Source: Desulfobacterales bacterium
GTDB lineage: Bacteria; Desulfobacterota; Desulfobacteria; Desulfobacterales; UBA2174
NCBI GenBank assembly: GCA_963668645.2
Contig: CAXXWC010000021.1
Coordinates: forward strand, 960,001-1,024,000
Direction: 5' to 3'
Length of the DNA: 64,000 nt
Part shown: positions 51,157 through 62,285 of the stretch, one piece after another
Layout: each line of letters starts with the position of its first letter
Numbering within the stretch: position 1 is the stretch's first letter
The notes under the pieces: generated by a model
Told to the model about the DNA's origin: nothing
The model's input: only the letters and a program-made list of their open reading frames with translations
Databases searched by the model: none
Made by a program: the position numbers and the translations under genes

Positions 51157-52728
51157 TCAGGTTTTGGGGTGCCAGCGCGCCTTGATTCGCCCCCATAGGC
51201 TGTCTATCTCCGCAATCCCCAAAAGACGTCCGCCCACCGCGAGCAGAACGACAAATACCAGCCCCAGGATGGCGGCCAGCGCCATACTGCGTGCCAGAGT
51301 GGCCGGACCGCCGGCAGCCCGCAGCACGCGCCCCAGCCCTTCGAGCACCGGTGCTATTACCAGGCTCAACAGGGTCACCCGGCCATAGCAGCGATAGACT
51401 CCCGCCTGCCAGCGATTGGCGCTTTGGCGGTTCCACAAGACATAGAGAAGCCCCACCTGCAGCAAAGCCGACAGCGACAGGGCCAGGGCGACTCCGGCGG
51501 CCTGCATCAGCCGCATGCCCAGCAGATAGAAGGGGATGCTGATCATTACGGTCAAGGTGCCGAAAACAGCCGGCAACAGTGTGTTTTGCCGGGCGTAAAA
51601 GCCGCGCACCACCACGGTCTGGGCCGCGAAGGCCACCGCACCCACCAGCAGGTAAGGCAGTAAACTGGCGGTCAGATCGGTGGCGGCCGCATCGAAGCGC
51701 CCCCGCTGAAACAGGATCATCACCACCTCGTGGCGCAGAACCATGAGCCAAACGGCAAAGGGAAGCACCAGGGCCAGATGCCGCAGGGCCTGGGCCATCA
51801 GGCGGTTCAATTCATCCAGGCGGCCTTCGCCGGCCAGCCTGGCCATGAAGGGGAAAGCCGCCACCCCCACCGCCTGGCCGAAAATCCCCACCAGCATCAG
51901 CATGATGCGCAGGCCGTAGTTGAGGGCCGCAATCCCGCCCCGCGGCAGATAGGAGCCGAAAAACTTGAGAAAAAACTCGGTGGCGAACATCATGGTCAGC
52001 CCGAACATGAGCGGCAGGGTCAAGCGCAGATAGCGGCCCACGTCCGGGTGGCGCCAACTGCAGCCGCGTACCAGCCGCAACCCGACCCGCCGCGCGCCCC
52101 AGTACTGGAGGAGGAAATTGCCGGCAAAAGCCCCGCCCAGCACGCCCCAGGCGAATCCTTGCATGCCCAGGCCGCCCGCCATCAACAGCCCTCCGGCAAT
52201 GATGCCCAGGTTGTAGATCAGCGGGGCCAGGGCCGGGATCAAGAACCGCTCGCGGGCGAACTGCACGGCGGTAAAAAGGCCCCCGGCAAAGAAGAAGAGC
52301 TGGGCCGGCAGGATGATGCGGGTCATGTGCACCGCCTCTACCAGCACCTCGTCTCCGGTCAGGCCCGGCGCGATGAGGCGCACCAGCAGCGGGCACCAGA
52401 TCTCGGCAACCAGGATCAACAGGGTTAGAAGCCCGCCGAAAAGCCCCAGGAGGGTCGAGAGCAGACGCCAGGCTTCAGCCTCGGCGTCACGCACCAGATA
52501 GCCGGTAAAAAGGGGAATGAAGGTCACCGAGAGAAACCCCGAAGCGACGATGTGATTGAGGATCTCGGGAACGACGAAGGCGACCTGGTAGGCATCCACC
52601 TGGGCACCGACCCCTCCGGCGTAGGCGATGGCCATTTCCCTGACCAGGCCGATCACCCGGCTGGCGAAAACCGATCCCATCATGATCAGCGAGGCCACGC
52701 CGACTTTACGCTGGAGGGATGAAATCAT
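51157..52728 (-). CDS. murJ: Lipid II flippase MurJ/MviN
   Basis: SRVIGLVRE, DAYQVAF, FQRGRF, GFYA..NT; many TM segments. Confidence 0.9.
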   Translation of the reverse strand: MISSLQRKVGVASLIMMGSVFASRVIGLVREMAIAYAGGVGAQVDAYQVAFVVPEILNHIVASGFLSVTFIPLFTGYLVRDAEAEAWRLLSTLLGLFGGLLTLLILVAEIWCPLLVRLIAPGLTGDEVLVEAVHMTRIILPAQLFFFAGGLFTAVQFARERFLIPALAPLIYNLGIIAGGLLMAGGLGMQGFAWGVLGGAFAGNFLLQYWGARRVGLRLVRGCSWRHPDVGRYLRLTLPLMFGLTMMFATEFFLKFFGSYLPRGGIAALNYGLRIMLMLVGIFGQAVGVAAFPFMARLAGEGRLDELNRLMAQALRHLALVLPFAVWLMVLRHEVVMILFQRGRFDAAATDLTASLLPYLLVGAVAFAAQTVVVRGFYARQNTLLPAVFGTLTVMISIPFYLLGMRLMQAAGVALALSLSALLQVGLLYVLWNRQSANRWQAGVYRCYGRVTLLSLVIAPVLEGLGRVLRAAGGPATLARSMALAAILGLVFVVLLAVGGRLLGIAEIDSLWGRIKARWHPKT

Positions 52729-53138
52729 CGCGCTGGTTCAGGTTGGTCGAGGGTTGATGCCATGGTGAAAAAGTGGATGCAATGGCCACAAAGCCGCCAG
52801 GGAAACAATGTAAAAAGAAAAGAAGGATTAGTCCGCATAGTATATCCAGTCAAGGGTTGACAGACCCGGCAATAAACCAGCGCATCATGGTATCAAAAGC
52901 CCGGCCCAAAGGCAAAACCGGCCGGGGGGTGACGGCAGTCACCAACCCCGTACCATCCAAAAGACCAAAACCCGCAAAAAGGCGAAAAAAGAAAGAGGCT
53001 TCCAGCGGGATACGGCAACCCGGGGATACCCCTCGGGCCTGAGTTTGCGCGCCCAGCAGCGGGACTGCCTGTGAGGCCCTGCCGTCTTTTCAAGCTGTTC
53101 CCAACAACCCGTGTTTCACCTGGAATTGCCTTTGGTTA

Positions 53139-54023
53139 TCAATCAACCCCGGTCATCGTTCGAAAACGGTCCTCCAGCGCCGCAACCCGGAGCCGGCGAT
53201 CCGGTTTGAAAAAAGCGGCATAACCGGACCGGGTCGACAACACCGAACGGTTTAAGATCCCGCGGCCGAGCCGCTCCAGGGCGTCGATGGAACGGTCGAG
53301 GACCGGGTATCCTTTGTCGTCCAGGGGGATGTCACCATCGAAGACCACCGGATGGATGTTGTTGATATCCACCAGCAGGATGCGCGGCCCGTCGGTGACC
53401 AGCAGGTTGCGCATCCCGGCCAGATCCGGGATCAGGCCGTCGTGCCCCATCATGGCCTGGACGCGGTGGATCAGACGCTCCGCCTGCTGGCGCAGGCAGC
53501 GGCTGAAATCGGCCGGCGCCATCGGCTCGCATCCGCGGCTTTCGGCCTCCAGCCGGCGCTGAAGATCGGCGGCATACCCGGGACGGTGGACCTGCCAGGG
53601 ATTCAGCCCCACCCCGGCCACGAAATCCTGAATGCCGCAGAGCACAACTGCGCGCGGCCGGCCGCGGCCATAATCCACATAAAATTCGCAGGAGCGGGCA
53701 ATGAAATCCGGCCCCAGATGCCGCTCCAGGATCTTAAAACGCCGGGTTTCCAGCAACGCTTCGGCCAGTGAGGCGAATCGGCGCCGGAATATCCGCAGCA
53801 TCTTTACCGGCCGGGCGCGCGGAAAGCGGCGGATCCCGTCGATCACCACGCCGTCGCGCTCCCGGGTCACGTCCCCGGGGACGAGCATCTCCATGATGCG
53901 CGAACGCAGGCCGCTGCGAAAATGGGCTCTGAAGACATACGGCGCATCGGTGCGGATAAAATTCAGCGCCACCAGATCGGCATGTTCGATACGCTTCAGA
54001 TCCAGGATATCGGCCTGCTCCAT
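53139..54023 (-). CDS. Hypothetical protein (possible kinase-like DLAG..N...VD motif)
   Basis: 294 aa ORF with host-like codon usage and GAGG RBS. Confidence 0.6.
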   Translation of the reverse strand: MEQADILDLKRIEHADLVALNFIRTDAPYVFRAHFRSGLRSRIMEMLVPGDVTRERDGVVIDGIRRFPRARPVKMLRIFRRRFASLAEALLETRRFKILERHLGPDFIARSCEFYVDYGRGRPRAVVLCGIQDFVAGVGLNPWQVHRPGYAADLQRRLEAESRGCEPMAPADFSRCLRQQAERLIHRVQAMMGHDGLIPDLAGMRNLLVTDGPRILLVDINNIHPVVFDGDIPLDDKGYPVLDRSIDALERLGRGILNRSVLSTRSGYAAFFKPDRRLRVAALEDRFRTMTGVD

Positions 54024-54333
54024 GGCCCCGAATCCCTCAAGGTCGCGACCGGTGCCGCAGCGGCCCCGGCCAAAAGGTCTTTGGGTTGACTTGCTCTGCT
54101 TTCTGGCGTCTCATCGGAAAACGATTCTCTGCCATGAGAAAGGTTTTAAAACCCGTGGCACACTTGGGTGGCGGCAAGCTCCACCCACGGGGGGGTTGCA
54201 TTCAGGCCGCCAACCCTTTATTTAGCGTCAGGTGACGGATGCAAACCTTTTAGCGACCCGGGCCTGGGGATCCCGGCCTGTCCAAGGGTCGAGACGACCG
54301 TCGAAACCGATCCTATCAGCCAAGGAAGACCCG

Positions 54334-55557
54334 ATGATCCGCATCAACGAACACTACCGCAAACTCCAATCCTCGTATTTGTTTTCCGAAATCGCCAGGC
54401 GCGTCAACTCCTTTCAGGAAGCCCAGCCCGACCGCGAAATCATCCGTCTGGGCATCGGCGATGTAACCCGGGCCCTGCCGCCGGCCTGCGTGGCCGCCTT
54501 TCATCGGGCCGTGGATGAGATGGCCGATGACGCCACCTTTCGCGGCTACGGTCCCGAGCAGGGCTATCCTTTCCTGCGCGAGGCCATCGCCAGGCATGAC
54601 TTCCAGGACCGGGGCGCCGAAATACACCCCGACGAGGTCTTCGTCAGCGACGGGGCCAAGTGCGACACGGGCAATTTCCAGGAACTCTTTGCCGGCGATA
54701 TCCGCATCGCGGTTCCAGACCCGGTCTACCCGGTTTATGTCGACACCAACGTGATGGCCGGGCGCACCGGCGCGCCGGCCCAGGGCCGCTACCCGGGACT
54801 GGTCTACCTGGAGGGAAACCGCACCAACGAATTTGTCCCGGCCCTGCCCGAAAGCGCCGTGGATCTGATCTATCTTTGTTTTCCCAACAATCCCACCGGC
54901 GCCACCATCGACCGTGCAACCTTGCAGACCTGGGTGGACTGGGCCCGGCAGAACAAGGCCCTGATCCTCTTTGACGCCGCCTACGAAGCCTTTATCCGCG
55001 ACGATGCCCTGCCCCATTCGATTTTCGAGATTCCCGGGGCCCGTGAGGTCGCCGTGGAGTTCCGCAGTTTTTCCAAGACCGCCGGGTTCACCGGCACGCG
55101 CTGCGCCTTTACCGTGGTGCCCAAGGACTGCATGGCCTATGCGGCCGACGGGACCCCCGTTTCGGTCCACAGCCTCTGGCTCAGGCGCCAGTCGACCAAG
55201 TTCAACGGCGTCTCCTACCCGGTTCAGCGGGCCGCGGCCGCCATCTATACTGAAGAAGGCCGCAGCCAGGCCAGGGCACTGCTCGCCGGCTACCTTGACA
55301 ACGCCGACCGGATCCGGGCCGCCATGCAGGCCTTGGGATTCGAGTGCTTCGGCGGGGTGCACTCGCCGTATGTCTGGGTCGACGGCCGGCGCGATTCGTG
55401 GCAATTTTTCGATCTGCTGCTCGAGCGGGCCGCAGTGGTCTGCACTCCGGGCACGGGTTTCGGCCGTTGCGGGGAAGGCTATATCCGCATCAGCGCCTTC
55501 AACAGCGCCGAAAAGGTCGACCAGGCCCTCGAACGCATCCGCACGGCCTTGATATAG
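54334..55557 (+). CDS. dapL: LL-diaminopimelate aminotransferase
   Basis: [41 protein letters not shown]. Confidence 0.95.
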   Translation: MIRINEHYRKLQSSYLFSEIARRVNSFQEAQPDREIIRLGIGDVTRALPPACVAAFHRAVDEMADDATFRGYGPEQGYPFLREAIARHDFQDRGAEIHPDEVFVSDGAKCDTGNFQELFAGDIRIAVPDPVYPVYVDTNVMAGRTGAPAQGRYPGLVYLEGNRTNEFVPALPESAVDLIYLCFPNNPTGATIDRATLQTWVDWARQNKALILFDAAYEAFIRDDALPHSIFEIPGAREVAVEFRSFSKTAGFTGTRCAFTVVPKDCMAYAADGTPVSVHSLWLRRQSTKFNGVSYPVQRAAAAIYTEEGRSQARALLAGYLDNADRIRAAMQALGFECFGGVHSPYVWVDGRRDSWQFFDLLLERAAVVCTPGTGFGRCGEGYIRISAFNSAEKVDQALERIRTALI

Positions 55558-55582
55558 CAAGGGCCTGCGGCAGGAATCCCCT

Positions 55583-57094
55583 ATGAACGCTCCAGGTTCT
55601 TCGCATTACGATCTGGCGGTCATCGGCTGCGGCCCCGGCGGCTTTGCCGGCGCCATGCGCGCCCTGGACCTGGGCAAGCGGGTCTGTGTGATCGAGGCCG
55701 GCCAGATCGGCGGCGCCGGGGTCATGTGGGGGGCACTGGCTTCCAAAACCATGTGGGAGCTGGCCAAGGACTACGATGTGGCCCGCAAGGTGGATCGGGG
55801 CTACCGGGCGGCCGAACTGACCGTCGACTACACCGAGGTGCGGGCCAGCATCCTGGCTGCAGTGGAAGAAAAGCAGCAGCAGATGCTCAGCCAGCTCGAA
55901 ACCTTCTCCGCCCGGCGCCGCAGGATCGAGGCCCCCGGCGTAACCTACCTGCGCGGCCACGCCCGGTTTATCGATCCCGGAAGGCTTGAAGTTGCTGCGG
56001 CCGACGGCGGCGGCAAAACGATGGTCACTGCCGATCGTTTTCTTGTCGCCACCGGATCGCGGCCGCGCCGGCTGGAGAACGTGGCCACCGACCAGCATCG
56101 GGTGCTGGATTCCGACGGGGTGCTCAACCTCAGGGCTTTTCCCCGGCGGCTGGTGATTCTCGGCGCCGGAATCATCGGCTGCGAGTACGCCACCATCTTT
56201 TCCAACTTCGGCCAGACGCAGGTCTTTCTGGTCGACAGCGCCGAGCGCATCATCCCTTACGAAGACCCGGATGTCAGCCAGTTCGTCAGCGCCAGCCTGA
56301 AGGCCAACAAGGTTCAGATCTACCATTCGGCCACGCTGCGCTGCGTCGTACAGGGGACCGAAGATATCGATGTGGTCCTCGACCTGGCCGGCGGCCAGAG
56401 CCGGGTCATCAAGGCCGACGCCCTGCTGGTGGCCATCGGCCGCACCCCCCGGCTGGATGATCTGGGGTTGGAAACGGTGGGGATCGCCCCTGATGCCCGC
56501 GGCTTTCTCGAGGTGGACCCCAGCGGCCGGGTGGCCCATCAGATCTACGCCTGCGGCGACGTAACGGCCCACCCTTCCCTGGTCAACCTCGCCGAAATGG
56601 AAAGCCGGCATGCGGTTGCGGCCATGTTCGGGGGGCCGCAGCGGATTCTGTCCTACCGCAACATGAGTACGGTAATGTTTTTCAAGCCGACCCTGGCGGC
56701 CGTCGGACTCAACGAAAAGGCCTGCCAACGCAAGAAGATCGCCTACCGGGTGGCCTATTTTTCCCTCGCCCTGCTCCCCCGGGCCATCGCCATGCGCGCC
56801 ACCCGCGGCTTTGTCAAGATCATCGTGGGCGCCGGCGGCGAGCAGAAGATCCTCGGCATGCGGGCCGCCGGACCCCAGGCCTCCAACACCATCATGAGCG
56901 TGGCCATGCTCATCGATCAAGACCGGGGGATCCACGACGTGCTCAAATCGCTCTACCCCCATCCGACCATGTCCGAGGCCATCCAGGAGTGCCTGCGTCT
57001 GCTCACCGGCACTTCGGTCTACAAACCCGAGGCCTTTCCCGACCTGCTGCGCATCCGCGCCTGGGATTCGCAACGCGGCTATTGCGAGGGATAG
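55583..57094 (+). CDS. Pyridine nucleotide-disulfide oxidoreductase class I homolog (Lpd/SthA-like) lacking the redox Cys pair
   Basis: GCGPGG FAD motif, ATGSRP, GAGIIGCE, HPTMSE; GGAGVMWGALASK where CxxxxC is expected. Confidence 0.85.
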   Translation: MNAPGSSHYDLAVIGCGPGGFAGAMRALDLGKRVCVIEAGQIGGAGVMWGALASKTMWELAKDYDVARKVDRGYRAAELTVDYTEVRASILAAVEEKQQQMLSQLETFSARRRRIEAPGVTYLRGHARFIDPGRLEVAAADGGGKTMVTADRFLVATGSRPRRLENVATDQHRVLDSDGVLNLRAFPRRLVILGAGIIGCEYATIFSNFGQTQVFLVDSAERIIPYEDPDVSQFVSASLKANKVQIYHSATLRCVVQGTEDIDVVLDLAGGQSRVIKADALLVAIGRTPRLDDLGLETVGIAPDARGFLEVDPSGRVAHQIYACGDVTAHPSLVNLAEMESRHAVAAMFGGPQRILSYRNMSTVMFFKPTLAAVGLNEKACQRKKIAYRVAYFSLALLPRAIAMRATRGFVKIIVGAGGEQKILGMRAAGPQASNTIMSVAMLIDQDRGIHDVLKSLYPHPTMSEAIQECLRLLTGTSVYKPEAFPDLLRIRAWDSQRGYCEG

Positions 57095-57145
57095 CCGGAA
57101 GCCGGACGGCTTCCGGCTTGAGAGTGCGGGCAAGCGGCGATTTTT

Positions 57146-57616
57146 TCAATTGACGATCAACACCGACTGTTCCTTGGCCAGGGCGAGAATCTTCTGGGAT
57201 GTGCTGCCGAGGAAAAATTCACGCACGGCCGACTGCCCCCTGCGCCCGACCACGATCAAGTCGTAGCCGTTGGCGGCTTCGGCCAGGATGTCCCGGGCGA
57301 CCCCCCTTTTTTTGGTTTCCGACTTGAGGGTGATGTTGCGCTCGGGAAACCCGTTGTCCATCAACCGCTGGCGGGCCGCTTCCAGGGCCTGGTCCACCAC
57401 CTGCCGCTTGCGATTTTCCAGCTCGCAAAAGCTCGCCTGCTGGGCCTTGAAATAGGGGGTCAGCTCGGGCGACTGCATCTCGCACAATGCCGCGGTGTCC
57501 TGGATGACGGCCATCAGGGTTACCTGGTGAACCGGGGCGAAAGTGCGGGCCACATAGTCCACGGCACGCATGGCATTTTCCGATTCGTCGCAGGCAATGA
57601 GGATATTCTGGGTCAT
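57146..57616 (-). CDS. Universal stress protein
   Basis: ILIACDESENAMRAV, DLIVVGRRG...FFLGSTS. Confidence 0.9.
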   Translation of the reverse strand: MTQNILIACDESENAMRAVDYVARTFAPVHQVTLMAVIQDTAALCEMQSPELTPYFKAQQASFCELENRKRQVVDQALEAARQRLMDNGFPERNITLKSETKKRGVARDILAEAANGYDLIVVGRRGQSAVREFFLGSTSQKILALAKEQSVLIVN

Positions 57617-57706
57617 GGCGGGTCTCCTTGGTTGAGTGTGCACTGCGAATAAGCCGTTTTTGGATCTGCCTTCCGATCGTTCGGACCCGCCTGGCCGGTC
57701 CGATGA

Positions 57707-59410
57707 CTACCGGCACAGGTCAGATCCCATTTTTCCCAGGGCCTGCTGGCAGACGCCGCGAAACCTTGCGGCCTGCGGATCGTCTCCCAAAGGTGCGAGC
57801 AGTTGGTGTGCGCGGTCAAAATCGCCGGCGTTGATCCAACTCACCGCCAGGCAGAGCCGAATCGCGCCATCGTCGGCAAAACTGGCCAACCCCTGCTCCA
57901 AAACGGCGATGCTTTCGGCCGTATCGCGCCGCTGCTGGAGCAGCATCCCCAACCCGAGGCAGGCCCGGGCATCCAGCGCCAGGCCCAGGGCCCGGCGATA
58001 GAGATCTTCGGCCACCCCCGGGCTGTCGGGGATCTGGGGATGATCAGCATAGTCGCCCCGGTGAAATGTCAGGGCCAAGCGCGAAAGAAAATCGGCCTGC
58101 ATGCGGCTCAGAGACGGATCGTCCGTCAGTTTAATGCACCGCGCGTAGTTCGGCAAGTGGCGATGAAAGTGCCGGCGCAGGGTGCGTCCGAAAGCGAGCA
58201 CTTGATCACGGCTCAAGGCCGGGTCGGTCTCGAAGTAGAGGATATCTTCCACACGCTTGAGCCAAATCTCATCGGTGGCGCCGCAGCGGCGTTTGAAATC
58301 CTCGTAGAGGGCCGTTCCGGGGAAAAGATCCAGAATGTAAAAGATCGCCCCCAACGGGCGGATCCGATCCATCAGGGCAAGAGTCTCGGAAACCGTAGCC
58401 TCGCTTTCGCCCGGACATCCGTAGATAAAGTAGGCCCGGGCCAGGATGCCATGGCCGGCGGTCAGATCGAAAGCCCGCCGGACCTGCTCGTCTTGGATAT
58501 CCTTGCACAAGGTACGGCGCACCGCCGGCGATCCGCTCTCCACCCCGTAGCTGATCTGAACGCAACCGGCCTTGCGCATCCAGGCCAGGGTCTCTGCATC
58601 CACCGCGCTCACCTTGCTGATGGCCACCCAGGTGATGTCCAAAGCGCGATGGATGATCTCGCGGCACACGGCCTGAACCCGCCGCCGGCTCAGGGTAAAC
58701 GTGTCGTCGGAAAAATAGAAAAAGCGCATCCCGCGCCGGTAGAGACGTTCTATCTGGTCGACGAAATAGGCCACCGAGTGAAAGCGCACCCGCCGGCCCC
58801 AGAATCGCGGCGAGCCGCAAAAGGTGCACCGGCCCGGGCAGCCGCGGGTCATGGACAGATGCTGAAAGGCAAAATAGCGCGCCGGGTCCGGCAGCCGGTC
58901 CAGATCGGTGATCCGCCGGGGCGGGACCGCCAACACCGGCCGCCCGCCGCGCCGGAGCGCCAGGCCCGGCAGGTCGTCCGGGAGTGCGGCGCCCGATTCC
59001 AATGAACGCACCACGGCCAGCAGGGTCTCTTCCCCCTCGCCCACCACCACGGCGTCAACTTCCGCAAAATGGGCCAGCAGATGCTCCCAGAGCATGCTGG
59101 CCCCGATCCCTCCGAACACCACCATGGCCCGGGGCAGGTGCCGCCGCACCAGCCGGGCGATCTCGATGGCCCCCCAGCGGTTGGCGTGCAGCACGGAAAA
59201 ACCCACCAGATCCGGCTGGAGGGCCTTCAGCGCCTTGACCATTTCCTTGTCCTGCCCGGCCCGATCGTGCCAGTTGAGAATCTGCACCGCATGCCCGTGA
59301 TCGCGCAGCATGGCCCCAACATAGAAAAGACCGATGGGAACTGCCGCGATCTCTTCGGGTCCGGCGATGCGGGCTTCCAGGAAGTAGGGATAAATCAGAG
59401 CGATTTTCAC
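57707..59410 (-). CDS. B12-binding radical SAM protein with C-terminal TPRs
   Basis: PIGLFYVGA, VVVGEGE, TRGCPGRCTFC, YGVESGS, TPR-like tail; probable GTG start. Confidence 0.88.
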   Translation of the reverse strand: MKIALIYPYFLEARIAGPEEIAAVPIGLFYVGAMLRDHGHAVQILNWHDRAGQDKEMVKALKALQPDLVGFSVLHANRWGAIEIARLVRRHLPRAMVVFGGIGASMLWEHLLAHFAEVDAVVVGEGEETLLAVVRSLESGAALPDDLPGLALRRGGRPVLAVPPRRITDLDRLPDPARYFAFQHLSMTRGCPGRCTFCGSPRFWGRRVRFHSVAYFVDQIERLYRRGMRFFYFSDDTFTLSRRRVQAVCREIIHRALDITWVAISKVSAVDAETLAWMRKAGCVQISYGVESGSPAVRRTLCKDIQDEQVRRAFDLTAGHGILARAYFIYGCPGESEATVSETLALMDRIRPLGAIFYILDLFPGTALYEDFKRRCGATDEIWLKRVEDILYFETDPALSRDQVLAFGRTLRRHFHRHLPNYARCIKLTDDPSLSRMQADFLSRLALTFHRGDYADHPQIPDSPGVAEDLYRRALGLALDARACLGLGMLLQQRRDTAESIAVLEQGLASFADDGAIRLCLAVSWINAGDFDRAHQLLAPLGDDPQAARFRGVCQQALGKMGSDLCR

Positions 59411-59710
59411 GGTCCCTTGACGTTGCCCTCCTCGCCTTGGCTGGCGATCGAATCCGCCTGTGTCTTGCAAGGCTTTTCATAACACAGGCCGCCGCTGTCA
59501 CCAAATTGCCGCAAGCACAAGAAAGATTGCAGCGATCGGATGAAAAACGGTCCCCAAACGGCGACCATCTATCTTGCAGGAGTGAAAGCATGGTTGCCCA
59601 AAACCGCAGATTTAAGAATATAATTCTGCCAATATCAATTTTCAGAGAATTTTATATTGACAAACCCCTTTCCCTTGCGTATTTACCGCTCAAATGTACG
59701 GAGGCCACCT

Positions 59711-60181
59711 ATGCTGGACGACATCGACCTGACCATTTTGAAGATTCTCCAAGAAAAGGCCCGCATTCCCAATGTCGAGGTTGCGCGCCAGGTGGGCATG
59801 GCCCCTTCGGCTGTCCTGGAACGGATCCGCAAGCTGGAGCGCCAAGCGTATATTGACGGTTATGAGGTTCGCCTCAACCCGGAGCGCTTCGGCCGCCGGC
59901 TGGTGGCCTTCGTCACCGTGACCACCGCCGGGCCTGAAAGCGAACCGATCATCGGCCGGCTCCTGGCCGCCATCGCCGACGTTCAGGAAGTTCATTTCGT
60001 CGCCGGCCAGGACAGCTACCTGATCAAGGTGCGCTGCGCCGATACCCGGGCCCTGGACCGGCTCCTGCGTGAAAAGATCGCCCCGCTGGACGGGGTGATC
60101 GCCACCCGCACCGCCATCGCCCTGACCACCTTGAAGGAAACCGCCCGCATCTCCATCGACGAAGACAAGGAGGAGCCCTGA
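59711..60181 (+). CDS. Lrp/AsnC family regulator
   Basis: LDDIDLTILKILQEKARIPNVEVAR, EVHFVAGQDSYLIKV. Confidence 0.93.
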   Translation: MLDDIDLTILKILQEKARIPNVEVARQVGMAPSAVLERIRKLERQAYIDGYEVRLNPERFGRRLVAFVTVTTAGPESEPIIGRLLAAIADVQEVHFVAGQDSYLIKVRCADTRALDRLLREKIAPLDGVIATRTAIALTTLKETARISIDEDKEEP

Positions 60182-60183
60182 CA

Positions 60184-61446
60184 ATGCCCATGCCCCCGGA
60201 CTTTGAAGCACGTCTCTATCCCCGGCTGGAGGCCATTGCCGACCATTTCGGCACACCCTTTCACATCTACGACGAGGCCGGGATCCGCGCCACCGCCCGC
60301 CGCCTCAAGGCGGCCTTCGGCGGTCTAGAGGGATTTCGCGAATTTTTCGCCGTCAAGGCCCTGCCCAACCCCCGGATCCTGGCGATCATGGCCGACGAAG
60401 GCTTCGGATTCGACTGCAGCTCCATCAGCGAGCTGATATTGGCCCGCAGGGTCGGGGCCGCTCCGGACGACATCATGTTTACCTCGAACAACACCAGCGG
60501 CGAAGACTTCCGCGTGGCGGGCCTCGACGGCGGATGCCGGCTCAATCTCGATGATGTGGGCCTTATCTCCAAGGTTCCCGCGATGCCCGAACAGATTTGT
60601 TTCCGCTACAATCCAGGGGCCCGGCGCACCGGCAACAGCATCATCGGCAATCCGGTGGAAGCCAAGTACGGGGTAGCCCACGACCAGATTCTGGCCGCCT
60701 ACCGGACCGCCATGGACCGCGGCGCTCGCCGCTTCGGGCTGCACACCATGCTGGCCTCCAACGAACGCAACGAGGCCTACATGGTCCAGACGGTGGAAAT
60801 GCTCCTCGAGGTCGTCGCCTCGGTGGGCCGGGAGTTGGCCATCCGCTTCGACTACATCAACATGGGCGGCGGCCTGGGGATTGCCTACGGCCCGCAGGAC
60901 GCCCCCCTGGACCTGGAGGCCATGGCCGCCGCGATCAGCCGCCAAATCGAGCGCTTCCGAACGGCTCAAGGCTATGCACCGCGCCTGTTCATGGAAAGCG
61001 GCCGGTTCATGACCGGCCAACACGGCGTCTTGGTCACCCGGGCCATCAACCGCAAGGAGACCTACCGCACCTATGTCGGGGTCGACGCCTGCATGACGGC
61101 CCTGATGCGCCCGGGAATCTACGGGGCCTACCACCATATCACTATTCCGTCGCGCCTGGGGGAAACGGCCCGCCAGACGGTGGACGTGGTGGGCTCCTTG
61201 TGTGAAAACAACGACAAGTTCGCCATCCAGCGCGAGCTTCCGCCCATCAGCAGCGGGGATCTGGTGGTAATCCACGACACCGGGGCCCACGGCCATTCCA
61301 TGGGCTTCAACTACAACGGCAAGCTGCGTCCCCAGGAGCTGCTCCTTACCGCCGAAGGAACGGTGGAACGGATCCGGCGAAGGGAAACGGTGGCCGACTA
61401 TTTCGCCACCCTCAATTTCGTGCCGGAGGTCTGGCAAGCGAATTGA
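60184..61446 (+). CDS. lysA: Diaminopimelate decarboxylase
   Basis: FAVKALPN, NMGGGLG, ESGRF, GSLCENNDKF, MGFNYNG. Confidence 0.9.
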   Translation: MPMPPDFEARLYPRLEAIADHFGTPFHIYDEAGIRATARRLKAAFGGLEGFREFFAVKALPNPRILAIMADEGFGFDCSSISELILARRVGAAPDDIMFTSNNTSGEDFRVAGLDGGCRLNLDDVGLISKVPAMPEQICFRYNPGARRTGNSIIGNPVEAKYGVAHDQILAAYRTAMDRGARRFGLHTMLASNERNEAYMVQTVEMLLEVVASVGRELAIRFDYINMGGGLGIAYGPQDAPLDLEAMAAAISRQIERFRTAQGYAPRLFMESGRFMTGQHGVLVTRAINRKETYRTYVGVDACMTALMRPGIYGAYHHITIPSRLGETARQTVDVVGSLCENNDKFAIQRELPPISSGDLVVIHDTGAHGHSMGFNYNGKLRPQELLLTAEGTVERIRRRETVADYFATLNFVPEVWQAN

Positions 61447-61555
61447 CAACCTCCGGACGATCGGGTAGGGATTCGATTTTTCAGATTTTAGCGCCGTTGC
61501 AATAGGCGGTGCGATCTTTGGATACAGTAACGCCATCTTCGCAGGAGAACGACAT

Positions 61556-62125
61556 ATGAAAACGCCCCACACCGGCAAGCGGGTCCAGCAACTGCTCGAC
61601 AGCCGTGAGATGACCGTCGAAGAGCTGGCCGTGCGCACCGGCCTGGATGATGCCTTTCTCAACGGCCTGTTCACCGACGATGTTTACCCCTCCATAGGGC
61701 CCCTGCTCAAAATCGCCCGTGCCCTGGGGGTGCGCCTCGGCACGCTGATCGACGACCAGATCAGCACGGACCCGTTGATTATCCGCCGGACCGATCGTAC
61801 CGAAGAACTGCATATGCTGCGGGCCAAGGATCGGCCCAAGGCCATGAGCTTCTACTCCCTGGGACGCGGGAAGACCGACCGGCACATGGAGCCGTTCTTT
61901 GTCGAGCTGCTGCCGGAATCGGCCGGCACGCCGCGCCTCTCCTCCCACGAGGGCGAAGAGTTTTTCGTGGTCCACGCCGGCACGGTCCAGGTCATCTACG
62001 GCACCGAGATCCATCTGCTGGAAACCGGCGACAGCATCTACTACAACTCCATCGTGCCGCACTACGTCAGCTGCGCGGGCAGCGCGCCGGCCAGCATCTA
62101 TGCGGTGCTCTACATCCCGGAGTAG
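61556..62125 (+). CDS. XRE HTH plus cupin regulator
   Basis: PSIGPLLKIARALGV, MEPFFVEL, SHEGEEF, GDSIYYNSIVPH. Confidence 0.9.
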   Translation: MKTPHTGKRVQQLLDSREMTVEELAVRTGLDDAFLNGLFTDDVYPSIGPLLKIARALGVRLGTLIDDQISTDPLIIRRTDRTEELHMLRAKDRPKAMSFYSLGRGKTDRHMEPFFVELLPESAGTPRLSSHEGEEFFVVHAGTVQVIYGTEIHLLETGDSIYYNSIVPHYVSCAGSAPASIYAVLYIPE

Positions 62126-62285
62126 TGGCGACGGTCCCGCGCAGCGGAACCGTTTCAAGCAGCAGCCAACGAAAGTGACCCCGGAAAGCGGGCCGGCGTT
62201 TCGCCGGCCCGACACTTGCCCGTACAGGCAACCTTGCCGGTCACTATAGATGTCAGTCACCTCATATCGTCAGGAGGCCCACCAC

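Noticed and set aside
52773..53042. Small basic Lys-rich ORF upstream of murJ
   Set aside because: No clear RBS or family motif; could be intergenic sequence
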